Notes: generated by a model from the sequence alone, not told the origin. DNA of 64,000 nt from Rhodocyclaceae bacterium (GCA_020445745.1 JAGRGB010000051.1:7833-71832); one strand, 5' to 3'; positions 27,574 through 37,542 are shown, counted from the stretch's first letter. A program made the numbers and translations.

Positions 27574-29051
27574 TTCCACCCCCCGGCGAGGGCCTCGGCG
27601 GCCAGCCGTGCCATGCCGCCGCTCCACGATGCGTCGAGTCCGAACCACACGCACGCGGCAATCATCAGCAGCGCCGGAAGCAGCAGCGACAGCGGTGCCT
27701 CACCCGGCGGTGGATGGCCTTCCGGCGGGTCCCGGAAATAGGCCATCTCGACGAAGCGCCAGACGTAGATCACCGCCAGCATCGAACTCAGCATCACCGC
27801 GCCGGCGAGCCACCACTGGCCTTCCTCCATCGCGGCGGTGACCAGATACCACTTGCTGACGAAGCCGGCAGTGCCGGGGATGCCGATCAGCGACAGCCCG
27901 CCGATGACGAAGGCGAACGCCGCGATCGGCATCGTGCGGCCGAGCCCGGCCATGCGATCGAGCGCGGAACCGCCGAGCCGCAGCACGACCCCGCCGAGCA
28001 CCAGGAACATGCCGCCCTTGGTCAGCGCGTGATTGAACAGGTGCGCCAGCGCGGCGGTCAGGCCGCCGACCGAATGCAGGCTTATCCCGAGGGTGATGTA
28101 GCCGATCTGGGAAACGCTGGAATAGGCCAGCAGGCGCTTGACGTCGGTCTGGAAGATCGCCACCACGGCAGGAATGAACATCGCCGCCAGCGACAAGGCC
28201 AGCAGGATCACGCCGGTGTGGCGTGCATCGAACACCACGGTCTCGCCGAAGATCGTGAAGAAGTAGCGCATCAACACATAGATCGACACCTTGGTCGCGG
28301 TCGCCGCGAGGAAGGCCGACACCGCCGACGGCGAATAGGCATAGGCATTGGGCAGCCACAGGTGCAGCGGGAACAGCGCGATCTTCAGCGAGATGCCGAC
28401 GGTGATGAAGGCCAGCGCCGCCAGCGTCGCCCGCGGATCGCCCATCGTCGGCAGCCGCAGCGCCATGTCGGCGAGGTTCAGCGTACCGGTCTGCAGGTAC
28501 AGCAGACCAATGCCGATCACGTACAGGGTGGCGCCGACGGTGCCCATCAGCAGGTACTGGTAGGAGGCCACCAGCGCGCGACGATCGCGCCCCATCGCGA
28601 TCAGCACATAGGTGGCGAGCGACGAGATCTCGAGGAACACGAACAGGTTGAAGGCGTCTCCGGTCAGCAGGATGCCGAGCAATCCCGACAGGCACAGCAT
28701 CAACATCGCGTAGAACAGGTAGTGCTCCTCGGCGCGTACCTCGGGGGCGACGCCGCGGCGGCAGTAGGGCATCACGAAGACGCCGATCAGCGCCACGATG
28801 ACGGCGACGAAGGCGTTGGCGGCGTCGACCCGGTATTCAATGCCGAGCGGTGGCGGCCAGTTGCCGATGGCATAGGAGATGACACCCTCCGACACCACCT
28901 GCTGATGCAGTTGCAGCGCGATCGCCAGTGTCGCGATGCTCGCCACGGTCGCCATCAGCCAGCTCGGCAGGGAGTGTCGCAGCAACACGATGACCGGCGC
29001 CGCAAGCAGCGGCACCACCACCAGCAGGATGGGAAGATGTTGATTCAGCAA
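27570..29051 (-). CDS. mrpD: Mrp-type antiporter large subunit, MrpD/NuoN-like (paralogue 1, 493 aa)
   Basis: TTG start 4 nt after the mrpC stop. Motifs: FNLFVFLEISSLATYVL, FPLHLWLPNAYAYSPSAVSAFLA, RLLAYSSVSQIGYI. Confidence 0.9.
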   Translation of the reverse strand: MLNQHLPILLVVVPLLAAPVIVLLRHSLPSWLMATVASIATLAIALQLHQQVVSEGVISYAIGNWPPPLGIEYRVDAANAFVAVIVALIGVFVMPYCRRGVAPEVRAEEHYLFYAMLMLCLSGLLGILLTGDAFNLFVFLEISSLATYVLIAMGRDRRALVASYQYLLMGTVGATLYVIGIGLLYLQTGTLNLADMALRLPTMGDPRATLAALAFITVGISLKIALFPLHLWLPNAYAYSPSAVSAFLAATATKVSIYVLMRYFFTIFGETVVFDARHTGVILLALSLAAMFIPAVVAIFQTDVKRLLAYSSVSQIGYITLGISLHSVGGLTAALAHLFNHALTKGGMFLVLGGVVLRLGGSALDRMAGLGRTMPIAAFAFVIGGLSLIGIPGTAGFVSKWYLVTAAMEEGQWWLAGAVMLSSMLAVIYVWRFVEMAYFRDPPEGHPPPGEAPLSLLLPALLMIAACVWFGLDASWSGGMARLAAEALAGGWK

Positions 29052-29055
29052 GGTG

Positions 29056-29433
29056 TCAGCTGCGGTTTCTGGTTCTTAGTTCGTCGTCGGCATCGAGCGC
29101 GAGAATTTCCTCCTCCTCGATGCTGCCGTAGGCTTCCTTGATCCGCACTACCAGCGCGAGGCCGAGCGCGAGCGTGGCCACGCCGACGACGATCGCCGTC
29201 AGGATCAGCACGTGGGGCAACGGATTCGAATAGACCTCGAATGCGTCGCCGATGATCGGCGCCACCCCGCCGATCAATTTCCCAGGTGCGATGTAGAGCA
29301 GATATACGGCAGTCTGGAACAGGCCCAGCCCGACCAGCTTCTTGATGAGACTGCTGCGCGCGATGACGATGAACAGGCCCACCATCAGCAGCAGGATCGT
29401 GACGAAGTAGCTGTAGTGACCGGCGAAGCTCAC
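29056..29433 (-). CDS. mrpC: Mrp antiporter subunit C (NuoK-like)
   Basis: 125 aa and 3 TM. The sequence LLLMVGLFIVIARSSLIKKLVGLGLFQTAVYLLYI is typical of MnhC/NuoK. The GTG start overlaps the mrpB stop as GTGA. Confidence 0.88.
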   Translation of the reverse strand: MSFAGHYSYFVTILLLMVGLFIVIARSSLIKKLVGLGLFQTAVYLLYIAPGKLIGGVAPIIGDAFEVYSNPLPHVLILTAIVVGVATLALGLALVVRIKEAYGSIEEEEILALDADDELRTRNRS

Positions 29434-29867
29434 GACGCCTCCTCGCCCGCATCACGGCGGCGGCCGGCGAACACGTAGAAGATCTTCAGCATTACCGCCG
29501 ACACCGTGATCGCGACGCCGACCTCGACCCAGAAGATGCCCCGATGCTGGCCGTGCACCGGGTCGTGGGCCAGCACGAAGTAGTCCAGGTAGTTGCCGCC
29601 GAGCAACAGCCCGGCAACGCCGACGCCGGCATAGAGCAACACACCGATCGCGATCATCGCCTCGACCAGCGCGTCGGGCACCACCTGGCGGGCACTCGGC
29701 AAGCCGTAGATCAGGGCGTAGAAGATCACTGCGGCAGCGATGATGACGCCGGCCTGGAAGCCACCGCCCGGGCCGAAGTCGCCGTGGAACTGGACGTAGA
29801 GGGCAAACATCACCGCGAACGGAATCAGCAGCTTGGCAAGCACCCGGAGAATGACGTCGAGCCTCAT
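29430..29867 (-). CDS. mrpB: Mrp antiporter subunit B (MnhB domain)
   Basis: 145 aa. The sequence LIPFAVMFALYVQFHGDFGPGGGFQAGVIIAA is the MnhB signature. The start forms an ATGA overlap with the upstream gene. Confidence 0.88.
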   Translation of the reverse strand: MRLDVILRVLAKLLIPFAVMFALYVQFHGDFGPGGGFQAGVIIAAAVIFYALIYGLPSARQVVPDALVEAMIAIGVLLYAGVGVAGLLLGGNYLDYFVLAHDPVHGQHRGIFWVEVGVAITVSAVMLKIFYVFAGRRRDAGEEAS

Positions 29868-30403
29868 TTGGCGCCCTCCCCGCCGTCTCCGTCAGCGCGC
29901 GCCGGGTACTTGTGCCGCGGCTTGCGCCGGCGTAGCAGCGCGATCACGCCGATACCGGCGGTGAACACCACCGTCGTCTCGCCCAGGGTGTCGAATCCGC
30001 GGTAGCTCGCGAGCACTGCCGTCACCACGTTGGGCACGCCGGTCCTGACCGGCCCCTCCTTCAGGTAGCTGGGCGCGACGTGTTGATGAATCGGCGCCTG
30101 CGGATCGGAAAACGCCGGCAACCCGAGGGTGCCATAGACCAGCATGCCACCGGTGACCACCACCACGAACAGCGGCAGCCACGGCTTGTGGATGGGCCTG
30201 GATTCGGTTCCGCCGGCGAGATGGATCGCGCCCAGCAACAGTACCGTGGAGATGCCGGCGCCGACCGCGGCCTCGGTCATCGCCACGTCGACGGCGTCGA
30301 GCACGACCAGCACGGTCGCCATCAGGAAACTGTAGATGCCGGACAGCAGCACCACGCCGAACAGGTTGCGCTGCCGCGCGATGCCGATCGCCGCAGCCCC
30401 CAT
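29864..30403 (-). CDS. DUF4040 (MbhD-like) plus MnhB-like membrane subunit
   Basis: DAVDVAMTEAAVGAGISTVLLLG is the DUF4040/MbhD motif, and the C-terminal part (VTAVLASYRGFDTLGETTVVFTAGIG) is MnhB-like. The first in-frame ATG is 30403. However, the first TM helix extends upstream to about 30448 (see findings). Confidence 0.75.
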   Translation of the reverse strand: MGAAAIGIARQRNLFGVVLLSGIYSFLMATVLVVLDAVDVAMTEAAVGAGISTVLLLGAIHLAGGTESRPIHKPWLPLFVVVVTGGMLVYGTLGLPAFSDPQAPIHQHVAPSYLKEGPVRTGVPNVVTAVLASYRGFDTLGETTVVFTAGIGVIALLRRRKPRHKYPARADGDGGEGAK

Positions 30404-30426
30404 CAGCGTCAACAGCACGACGGCGG

Positions 30427-30759
30427 TCAGGGTGGTGAGGATGGCGACTCTCCTTCTTGGTCGGCAAGCACCGGCTTGGCACCGCGCTCCAGCGCTGCAT
30501 TGGCAAGCGCGTGCGACGCGGTCGGCGAGGTGAAAAAGATCAACAGGCCCAGAATGACCAGCTTCAGGGACGCCAGCGTGAATCCGGACTGCAGGATCAG
30601 GCCGACGATGATCAGCCCGGCGCCCAGCGTATCGATCACGCTGGCGGCATGCATCCGGGTAAAGAAATCGGGCATCCGCAACATGCCGAGCGCGCCGATC
30701 ACGCAGAACACGCCACCGGCGCTGACCAGAACCCAGGTCAGGACATCGACCACGATCAT
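30427..30759 (-). CDS. mrpG: Mrp antiporter subunit G
   Basis: 110 aa. The sequence SAGGVFCVIGALGMLRMPDFFTRMHAASVIDTLGAG is the MnhG/PhaG signature. Confidence 0.88.
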   Translation of the reverse strand: MIVVDVLTWVLVSAGGVFCVIGALGMLRMPDFFTRMHAASVIDTLGAGLIIVGLILQSGFTLASLKLVILGLLIFFTSPTASHALANAALERGAKPVLADQEGESPSSPP

Positions 30760-31043
30760 CGGCCTTCGCCCTCCGTGCCCCCCGGCTCGCCGAGATCGCC
30801 ATAGCGGAAGAACTTCTGCAGTGCGATCGTGCCGATGACATTCAGGAAACCATAGACGAGGGCCAGGTCGACGAACTCGGGACGGCCCGCAATGAACTGG
30901 AAGATCGCCAGCAGCATCATCGTCGCGGTGCCCACCGCATTGCCGGCCAGCGCGCGGTCGAACACGGTCGGGCCGCGAAACGCCCTCACCAGAGCGAGGG
31001 CCAGGGTCACCAGCAGCGCCGTCACGACCACGACGTAGATCAT
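30756..31043 (-). CDS. mrpF: Mrp antiporter subunit F
   Basis: 95 aa. The sequence LALALVRAFRGPTVFDRALAGNAVGT...LALVYGFLNVIGTIAL is MnhF/PhaF-like. ATGA overlaps occur at both ends. Confidence 0.86.
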   Translation of the reverse strand: MIYVVVVTALLVTLALALVRAFRGPTVFDRALAGNAVGTATMMLLAIFQFIAGRPEFVDLALVYGFLNVIGTIALQKFFRYGDLGEPGGTEGEGR

Positions 31044-31522
31044 GACAGGCCCTCGAAGGCGGTCACCCGGCGATCCATGTCGCCGTCGGCGACGCCCATT
31101 GCACCCTCCCGCGTCAGGGCATGGACGAGGATCTCGTCACCGGCGATGGCCACCGAAATGGTACCCGGCGTCAGCGTGATCGAATTGGCGTAGGTGACCT
31201 GCCCGATCGGCGTCTTCTGCGACGTCTTGACGCGCAGCATCGTCGGGCTGATCGGCAGCGCCGGGTCGACGATGATGCGACTGACGTCCCACGCCGACTT
31301 GACGATCTCCTTGAGCAGCCAGGGCCAGTACTCGAAGGCGCTCCTGCCGAGATGGATCGGATGCCCTTCGTGATCGATCACGTCCATGCGGTGGGCGAAC
31401 CACAGGATCGCCAGCGCGGAAAGCAGGCCCATCGACAACAGGAACGGCGTGAAGTAGCCGGACATCACGACCCAGAAAACGAACAGGGTCGCGACCACGC
31501 TGATTGTCCGGGGGGGGCTCAT
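31040..31522 (-). CDS. mrpE: Mrp antiporter subunit E
   Basis: 160 aa from ATG 31522 (MSPPRTISVVATLFVFWVVMSG...). ANSITLTPGTISV is the conserved MnhE motif. It is the first gene of the operon. Confidence 0.85.
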   Translation of the reverse strand: MSPPRTISVVATLFVFWVVMSGYFTPFLLSMGLLSALAILWFAHRMDVIDHEGHPIHLGRSAFEYWPWLLKEIVKSAWDVSRIIVDPALPISPTMLRVKTSQKTPIGQVTYANSITLTPGTISVAIAGDEILVHALTREGAMGVADGDMDRRVTAFEGLS

Positions 31523-31788
31523 GTCTGTTCTTCGTCGTTGTGATGGCAGGCTGGATGCTGGCACGAGCCGCGGCAAGGCGACGAGCCGCTGCCGTGAACA
31601 CGATCGGGAGCCTCACTATAGCGGCGCCACGCCCATCGAACAACGCCGAGTCGCGCCGGAGCCACGGCGAGCCGCCGGCGACGGCCGCTACAAGCGGCGA
31701 CCGCAGTCGAGCAACCGCCAGGCGACAGGGAATTTCACTGTGCGAAATGCCCGGGCTCGGGTACCATGCGGTCGGACAGATCTCGACC

Positions 31789-32565
31789 ATGAATGCTCCC
31801 GAACAGAAGAACTCGATCCAGGTCATCGAGCGCATGATGCGCCTGCTCGACGTGCTCTCCGAGCATGCCGACCCGGTACCGCTGAAGAATCTCGCCCTCG
31901 AGACCGGCCTGCACCCGTCCACCGCCCACCGGATCCTGGCGGCGATGTGCGCCAGCGGCTTCGTCGAGCGCTCGGACAACGGCACCTATCGTCTCGGCAT
32001 CCGCCTGCTCGAACTCGGCGCCCTGGTCAAGTCGCGGATCTCGCTGCGGGAGACCGCGATCCAGGCGATGCTGCAACTGCACCAGAAGACCGGCGAAAGC
32101 GTCAATCTCGGCATCCGCGACGGCGACGAGATCGTCTATGTGGAGCGCACCTCGAGCGGGCGCTCGGCGGTCCGGGTGGTACATATCGTCGGCGCGCGGG
32201 CACCGCTGCATGTCACTGCCACCGGCAAGCTGTTCCTCGCCGACGACGGTCCGCAACGGGTCCGGGAGTACGCCCGCCGCACCGGCCTGCCACGGCTGAC
32301 GCCGACATCGATCGTCACGGTCGAGGCGCTCGAGAAGGAACTGGACAAGGTGCGCCGCCATGCGGTCGCGTACGACCTCGACGAGGTCGAGAGCGGTGTG
32401 CGTTGCATCGCTGCCGGCATCCGCGACGACAGCGGCGCCCTGGTCGCCGGCCTTTCATTGTCGACGCCGTCGGAGCGCTTCAACCCGGATCTCGCCGAGG
32501 TCATCCGCGAGACCGCCGGTGAGATCTCGCGCTCCCTTGGCTTCGTGCCCGCGATCCATCCCTGA
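31789..32565 (+). CDS. IclR-family transcriptional regulator
   Basis: 258 aa from ATG 31789. HTH: SIQVIERMMRLLDVLSEHADPVPLKNLALETGLHPSTAHRIL. The C-terminal effector domain reads APLHVTATGKLFLA...VRCIAAGIRD. It is divergent from the mrp operon. Confidence 0.92.
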   Translation: MNAPEQKNSIQVIERMMRLLDVLSEHADPVPLKNLALETGLHPSTAHRILAAMCASGFVERSDNGTYRLGIRLLELGALVKSRISLRETAIQAMLQLHQKTGESVNLGIRDGDEIVYVERTSSGRSAVRVVHIVGARAPLHVTATGKLFLADDGPQRVREYARRTGLPRLTPTSIVTVEALEKELDKVRRHAVAYDLDEVESGVRCIAAGIRDDSGALVAGLSLSTPSERFNPDLAEVIRETAGEISRSLGFVPAIHP

Positions 32566-32603
32566 CGGCGCGAGCGCGGGCCCTCAGCGCCCGCAGGCCA
32601 CGG

Positions 32604-33521
32604 TCAGCCGGAGGATTCCTGGCCGAGGTCGGCACGCTGCTGGACGGCGCCCGATTCGAGCCACTGCTTGATCCGGCGCGCGTCCGCGGTGCGGGTATAG
32701 CGGCCGAAGGAATCGAGCAGCACGAAGATCATCGGACGACCCTGCATCCACGCCTGCATCACCAGGCAGCGTCCGGCTTCGCGGATGTAGCCGGTCTTCG
32801 ACAGGCTGATCCGCCAGTCCGGGTTGCCGACCAGGCCATTGGTATTGCCGAAGCGGCGGAAGCGACGGCCCACCTTGACCTGGTAGGCGTCGGTGGTGGA
32901 GAACTCGCGGATCAACGGATAGCGGGCCGCCTTGCCGACCAGCCGGACGAGGTCGCGGGCGCTCGATACGTTGCCCGCGTGCAACCCGGTGCTGTCCACG
33001 AAGCGGGTGTCCTCGAGACCCATCTGACGGGCCTTGGCGTTCATTGCCCTGACGAAGGCGGGCATGCCGCCAGGATAATGCCGGGCGAGTGCCGAGGCTG
33101 CGCGGTTCTCCGACGACATCAGCGCGAGCCGCAGCATTTCTTCGCGGCTGAGCCGGGTACCGACCGGCAGTCGTGAGCGGCTGCCGCGCAGCCGGTCGAT
33201 GTCGGCACCGCTGATCGTGATTTCCTCGAACAGGCTCTGACTGCCGTCCAGCACCACCATCGCCGTCATCAGCTTGGTGATCGACGCGATCGGCACAACT
33301 TCGTCGGCATTGCGCTCGAGCAGCAACTGGCCGGAGGCCTCGTCGGCGAGCACGAAGGCCGACGACTTGAGTTCGGGCGGATGTCCCGTGTCAACCGACC
33401 AGAGATCTTCATCCTGGCGCTGATCGGCATCGGACGGTTGTCCGGCATCAGCCGCCACCGCAGGCAGGGTCGCCAGACCCGCAGCCAGCACCAGGACCTT
33501 GATCCATTGGATAAATCGCAT
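32604..33521 (-). CDS. pbpG: D-alanyl-D-alanine endopeptidase/carboxypeptidase (S11 family, PBP7-like)
   Basis: 305 aa from ATG 33521 with a signal peptide. SxxK (ASITKLMT), SxN (SSEN) and KTG (LSKTGYI) motifs are present. Confidence 0.85.
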   Translation of the reverse strand: MRFIQWIKVLVLAAGLATLPAVAADAGQPSDADQRQDEDLWSVDTGHPPELKSSAFVLADEASGQLLLERNADEVVPIASITKLMTAMVVLDGSQSLFEEITISGADIDRLRGSRSRLPVGTRLSREEMLRLALMSSENRAASALARHYPGGMPAFVRAMNAKARQMGLEDTRFVDSTGLHAGNVSSARDLVRLVGKAARYPLIREFSTTDAYQVKVGRRFRRFGNTNGLVGNPDWRISLSKTGYIREAGRCLVMQAWMQGRPMIFVLLDSFGRYTRTADARRIKQWLESGAVQQRADLGQESSG

Positions 33522-33669
33522 TGACGCCCCCTGTGCGCAGATGTCTTCGGCATGCAGCCCGCCAGGGCCACCATGCCATTGACGGCACATTGTGGCTAAA
33601 AATTAGGCCATTACAAAAAACAGTTAATGTCAGACCTGCGAACGGCTGCGAATCTGTGGCTTCGACGCG

Positions 33670-34806
33670 TCAGTCCTGGACGCGCAGGAAGCGGGCCACT
33701 TCCTTGCGGCGCTCCATCGCATCGCGGTAGCCGAGTTCCATCAAGGCACGCGTGTAGCCCGATTCGAACAGCAGGTAGGACAGGATCATCGATCCGTTGC
33801 GGCGTGTGGCGCCGACCCCGCGAAGTACGGCGCGCAGGACCCGTGGCAGCGTTTCGCGATAGCGGGCGGCGATCGACTCGAGCTTGCGCGACGGCGCGAT
33901 CACCAGCGTCTCGATCGGCTTCAGCGAGATTCCCAGTGCCTGGCGTTGATCTGCGGTGATCCCGCCGACGGTGTCGTTGATGCGCTGCAGGCGCTCGAGA
34001 TCGACCTCGAGGCTGTCCAGAAAGATGCTCGACAGCGCGTGCCCGGCGATCTGCGCGGGCGACGGGTAACGATCGGTTCGCTGGCGCGGTTCGAGACCGA
34101 TGCGCCCGGCGCCGACCACCAGGATCCGGTCCGCACCGAGGTGGATCGCCGGGCTGACCGGTGCCAGTTGACGCATCGAACCGTCACCGAAGAACTCGCG
34201 ATGGATCTTGATCGCCGGAAACACGAACGGGATGGCACTCGACGCCAGCAGATGTTCGACGGTGATCGGCGAACGCACGCCGACGCGCTGGGTCCGGCGC
34301 CATCCGCCGACCCCGTCGGCGGCCTGGAAGAAGCTCAGGCTCTCGCCGGTGGCATAGCCGGACGCGGTGACGCTGAGGGCATGGATATGACCACGATCGA
34401 TGTTGCGCTGGATCGCGTCGAAATCCAGCGCGTTGATCAGCAACTGGCGGAGCGGATCGTTGTCGAGCAACGAGGCCGGACTCTGCCGCACGAGCCATCC
34501 CAGCAGCAGCGCGGAACCCCAGCGCGCACCGGAGGCGAGGATGGACAGGCCGTCGGAACGATAGACCCGACCGACCGTGAAGTTCCGCCAGATCCACGCC
34601 AGGCGCCGCACCGCGGCATCGAAATTGTCGCTGAATACCGCCAGCGCGGCAGCGTTCACCGCGCCGGCCGAAGTGCCGCACAGGATCGGAAACGGATTGC
34701 CGCTGCCGCGTCCGCGAATCTCGCGGATCGCGGTCAGAACGCCGACCTGGTAGGCCGCTCGCGCGCCGCCACCGGTCAGAACCAAGGCCGCTTTTCCGTC
34801 CGTCAA
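33670..34806 (-). CDS. patatin-like phospholipase
   Basis: 378 aa. Oxyanion GGGARAAY, nucleophile elbow GTSAG and catalytic Asp (FGDGS) are present. The TTG start at 34804-34806 is preceded by GGGAGAGG 4 nt upstream. Confidence 0.9.
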   Translation of the reverse strand: MTDGKAALVLTGGGARAAYQVGVLTAIREIRGRGSGNPFPILCGTSAGAVNAAALAVFSDNFDAAVRRLAWIWRNFTVGRVYRSDGLSILASGARWGSALLLGWLVRQSPASLLDNDPLRQLLINALDFDAIQRNIDRGHIHALSVTASGYATGESLSFFQAADGVGGWRRTQRVGVRSPITVEHLLASSAIPFVFPAIKIHREFFGDGSMRQLAPVSPAIHLGADRILVVGAGRIGLEPRQRTDRYPSPAQIAGHALSSIFLDSLEVDLERLQRINDTVGGITADQRQALGISLKPIETLVIAPSRKLESIAARYRETLPRVLRAVLRGVGATRRNGSMILSYLLFESGYTRALMELGYRDAMERRKEVARFLRVQD

Positions 34807-34893
34807 TGACCTCTCCCGACGAGCAGCGGCAAGCTTACCGGTGGACGGACGATCTTGCAGCAGATTGCATGCCGCCGTCCCCGCTTCCGGACT

Positions 34894-37170
34894 TCAGGAA
34901 TCCTCCTGGCCGGCCTCGACCACGGTCAGCGCGGTCATGTTGACGATGCGCCTGACGGTCGTGCTGGCGGTCAGGATATGCACCGGCTTGGCCGCACCGA
35001 GCAGGATCGGCCCCACCGTCATGCCCTCGCCCGACGCGGTCTTGAGCAGGTTGAACGCGATGTTGGCGGCGTCCAGGGTCGGGAAGATCAGCAGGTTGGC
35101 ATCCTCGCGCATCCGCGCGTTGGGGAAGACCTGCTTGCGCAGCGCGGAATCGAGCGCGGCGTCGCCGTGCATCTCGCCTTCGACGTCCAGTTCGGGATGG
35201 TCGGTGTGGAGCATGACCAGCGCCCGGCGCATCTTTTCGGCGGTCGGCGAATCTTCCGAGCCGAACGACGAATGCGACAGCAGCGCCACCTTCGGCGTGA
35301 CTCCGAAGCCACGCATCTCGGCCGCCGCCAGCACCGTCATCTCGACGATCTGCTCCGGCGTCGGGTCGTAATTGACGTAGGTGTCGCACAGGAACAGCGT
35401 GCGGCCCGGCAGGATCAGGATGTTCATCGTGTAGAAATTGCGCACCCCGCGCTGCCGCCCGAGCACGGTCTCGATGAACTTCAGGTGCAGCTGGTGCATG
35501 CCGAAGGTGCCGCAGATCAGGCCATCGCCATAGCCGAAGTGCAGCAGCAGCGCCCCGATCAGGGTCGAGCGCCGGCGCGTTTCACGCTTCGCGTACTCGA
35601 CCGAGACGCCCTTGCGCTCGGTCAGCCTGTGGTAATGGGTCCACAATTCACGGTAGCGCGGATCGGAATCCGGGTTGACCAGATCGAAATCCTGCTCGGG
35701 CTTCATGCGCAGGCCGAAGCGCTCGATGTTGTTGGCGACCACCGCCGGACGGCCGATCAGGACCGGCCGCGCAATGCCCTCGTCGAGCACCGTCTGCACC
35801 GCCCGCAGCACCCGTTCGGCCTCGCCCTCGGCAAAGATGATGCGCTTCGGCGCCTTCTTCGCGGCCGCGAACACCGGCTTCATGATCATCCCGGAGTGCC
35901 AGATGAAGTTGTTGAGCTGGCTGCAATAGGCCTCCATGTCGTCGATCGGGCGGGTCGCCACGCCGGAGTCCATGCCGGCCTGCGCAACTGCCGGCGCGAT
36001 CTTGACGATCAGGCGCGGATCGAACGGCCGCGGGATGATGTACTCGGGCCCGAAGCCGGACACCTTCTCGCCGTAGGCCATCGCGACGATGTCGCTCTGT
36101 TCGGCCCGGGCCAGCTCGGCGATCGCCTTGACCGCCGCCAGCTTCATCTCGTCGGTGATCGTCGTCGCGCCGACATCGAGCGCCCCACGGAAGATGAACG
36201 GAAAGCACAGCACGTTGTTCACCTGGTTCGGGTAGTCGGAACGGCCGGTGGCGATGATTGCATCGTCGCGCACCGCCTGGACGTCCTCCGGCATGATTTC
36301 CGGATTGGGGTTGGCCAGCGCCAGGATCAGCGGCCTGTCCGCCATCTTCGCGACCATCTCCTTCTTCAGCACGCCGCCCGCCGACAGGCCCAGGAACACG
36401 TCCGCGCCATCGATGATCTCGCCCAGGCTGCGCGCCGCGGTCTGCTTCGCATAACGCGCCTTGATCGGGTCCATCAGGGTCGTCCGGCCCTCGTACACCA
36501 CGCCCTCGATGTCCGACACCCAGATGTTGTCGACCGGAATGCCGAGCATCACCAGCAGATCCAGGCAGGCCAGTGCCGCGGCGCCGGCGCCCGAGGTGAC
36601 GACCTTGACCTGCGTGAGATCCTTGCCGACCAGGTGCAGGCCGTTGAGCACCGCCGCGCCGACGACGATCGCGGTGCCGTGCTGGTCATCGTGGAACACC
36701 GGGATGTTCATCCGCTCGCGGAGTCGCGACTCGATGTAGAAGCACTCGGGCGCCTTGATGTCCTCGAGGTTGATGCCACCGAAGGTCGGCTCCAGCGAGG
36801 CGATCGTCTCGATCAGCTTGTCCGGGTCCGGCTGGTCGATTTCGAGGTCGAACACATCGATGCCGGCGAACTTCTTGAACAGCACCCCCTTGCCTTCCAT
36901 CACCGGCTTGGACGCGAGCGCGCCGATGTTGCCCAGTCCGAGCACCGCGGTGCCGTTGGTGACGACCGCGATCAGGTTCGAGCGCGCGGTCAGTTCCGAT
37001 GCCTGGGCCGGATCCTCGACGATCGCGTCGCAGGCCGCCGCGACGCCCGGCGAATACGCCAGCGACAGGTCCTGCTGGTTGGTCAGCGCCTTGGTCGGCG
37101 AAATCGCGATCTTGCCGGGGCGGGGGTGGCGGTGATATTCGAGGGCGGCGTCGCGGATTCGATCGTCCAT
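34894..37170 (-). CDS. maeB: NADP-dependent malic enzyme (malic enzyme domain plus PTA-like domain)
   Basis: 758 aa from ATG 37168-37170 ([21 protein letters not shown]...). Motifs: [26 protein letters not shown] and a C-terminal phosphotransacetylase-like domain. The track ORF runs on to 39882 only because the pckG antisense frame is open. Confidence 0.96.
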   Translation of the reverse strand: MDDRIRDAALEYHRHPRPGKIAISPTKALTNQQDLSLAYSPGVAAACDAIVEDPAQASELTARSNLIAVVTNGTAVLGLGNIGALASKPVMEGKGVLFKKFAGIDVFDLEIDQPDPDKLIETIASLEPTFGGINLEDIKAPECFYIESRLRERMNIPVFHDDQHGTAIVVGAAVLNGLHLVGKDLTQVKVVTSGAGAAALACLDLLVMLGIPVDNIWVSDIEGVVYEGRTTLMDPIKARYAKQTAARSLGEIIDGADVFLGLSAGGVLKKEMVAKMADRPLILALANPNPEIMPEDVQAVRDDAIIATGRSDYPNQVNNVLCFPFIFRGALDVGATTITDEMKLAAVKAIAELARAEQSDIVAMAYGEKVSGFGPEYIIPRPFDPRLIVKIAPAVAQAGMDSGVATRPIDDMEAYCSQLNNFIWHSGMIMKPVFAAAKKAPKRIIFAEGEAERVLRAVQTVLDEGIARPVLIGRPAVVANNIERFGLRMKPEQDFDLVNPDSDPRYRELWTHYHRLTERKGVSVEYAKRETRRRSTLIGALLLHFGYGDGLICGTFGMHQLHLKFIETVLGRQRGVRNFYTMNILILPGRTLFLCDTYVNYDPTPEQIVEMTVLAAAEMRGFGVTPKVALLSHSSFGSEDSPTAEKMRRALVMLHTDHPELDVEGEMHGDAALDSALRKQVFPNARMREDANLLIFPTLDAANIAFNLLKTASGEGMTVGPILLGAAKPVHILTASTTVRRIVNMTALTVVEAGQEDS

Positions 37171-37340
37171 GAGCTTTCGGTCTCCAGTGCGGTTCTTCGG
37201 TGGCCGGCGCCGTCGCCCGGCCTGTCGGGGTTTCACCCGGTCGCCGGGTGCCGCCGCGGGCCACCGCGACAAGCTTCCTCCGGCCAATATATCCAGTCGC
37301 GCCAGCGGCTTTCGGAGAATTGGTGTTGCAGATGCACGTT

Positions 37341-37368
37341 TTCGCAAGTCGCCCCGGCGTGGCATAAT
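37341..37368 (+). promoter_or_regulatory. candidate sigma-70 promoter for pckG
   Basis: TTCGCA (37341-46), a 16-nt spacer and CATAAT (37363-68). This would give a 5' leader of about 170 nt before ATG 37543. It is a sequence match only. Confidence 0.35.
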
Positions 37369-37542
37369 CTTATGCTTTCGCAGAACCGGAAGCACTTCGT
37401 AGTTTCCGCAAAATGGGGACTCTGCGCGGCGTCGAGCGACCTTCCGGAGCCGACTTGCGCAGCGAGGCTCGGTGGGCCGCCGCGAGGGGGCGGAGCGCCG
37501 GGCCGGGTCCACCAGCCTGCTTTTCCTGGAGACACAGCAAAC

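Noticed and set aside
31559-31574. TGGCACG in the mrp/iclR intergenic region, considered as a second sigma-54 promoter.
   Set aside because: The -12 position reads GCGG instead of TTGC, and the element lies about 220 nt from the iclR start. It is most likely a chance match in GC-rich DNA.
33670-34806. The patatin-like phospholipase, considered as an effector of a CBASS-like or other anti-phage defence system.
   Set aside because: It has no adjacent cyclase, sensor, NTPase or other defence-associated gene. It is flanked by a PBP7-like endopeptidase and maeB, so it looks like a stand-alone housekeeping or lipid-metabolism enzyme.
37360-37376. TGGCAT...TGCT upstream of pckG, considered as a sigma-54 promoter.
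   Set aside because: The GG-to-GC spacing is 13 rather than 12 (one base too long). The same bases fit a sigma-70 -10 hexamer (CATAAT) better.
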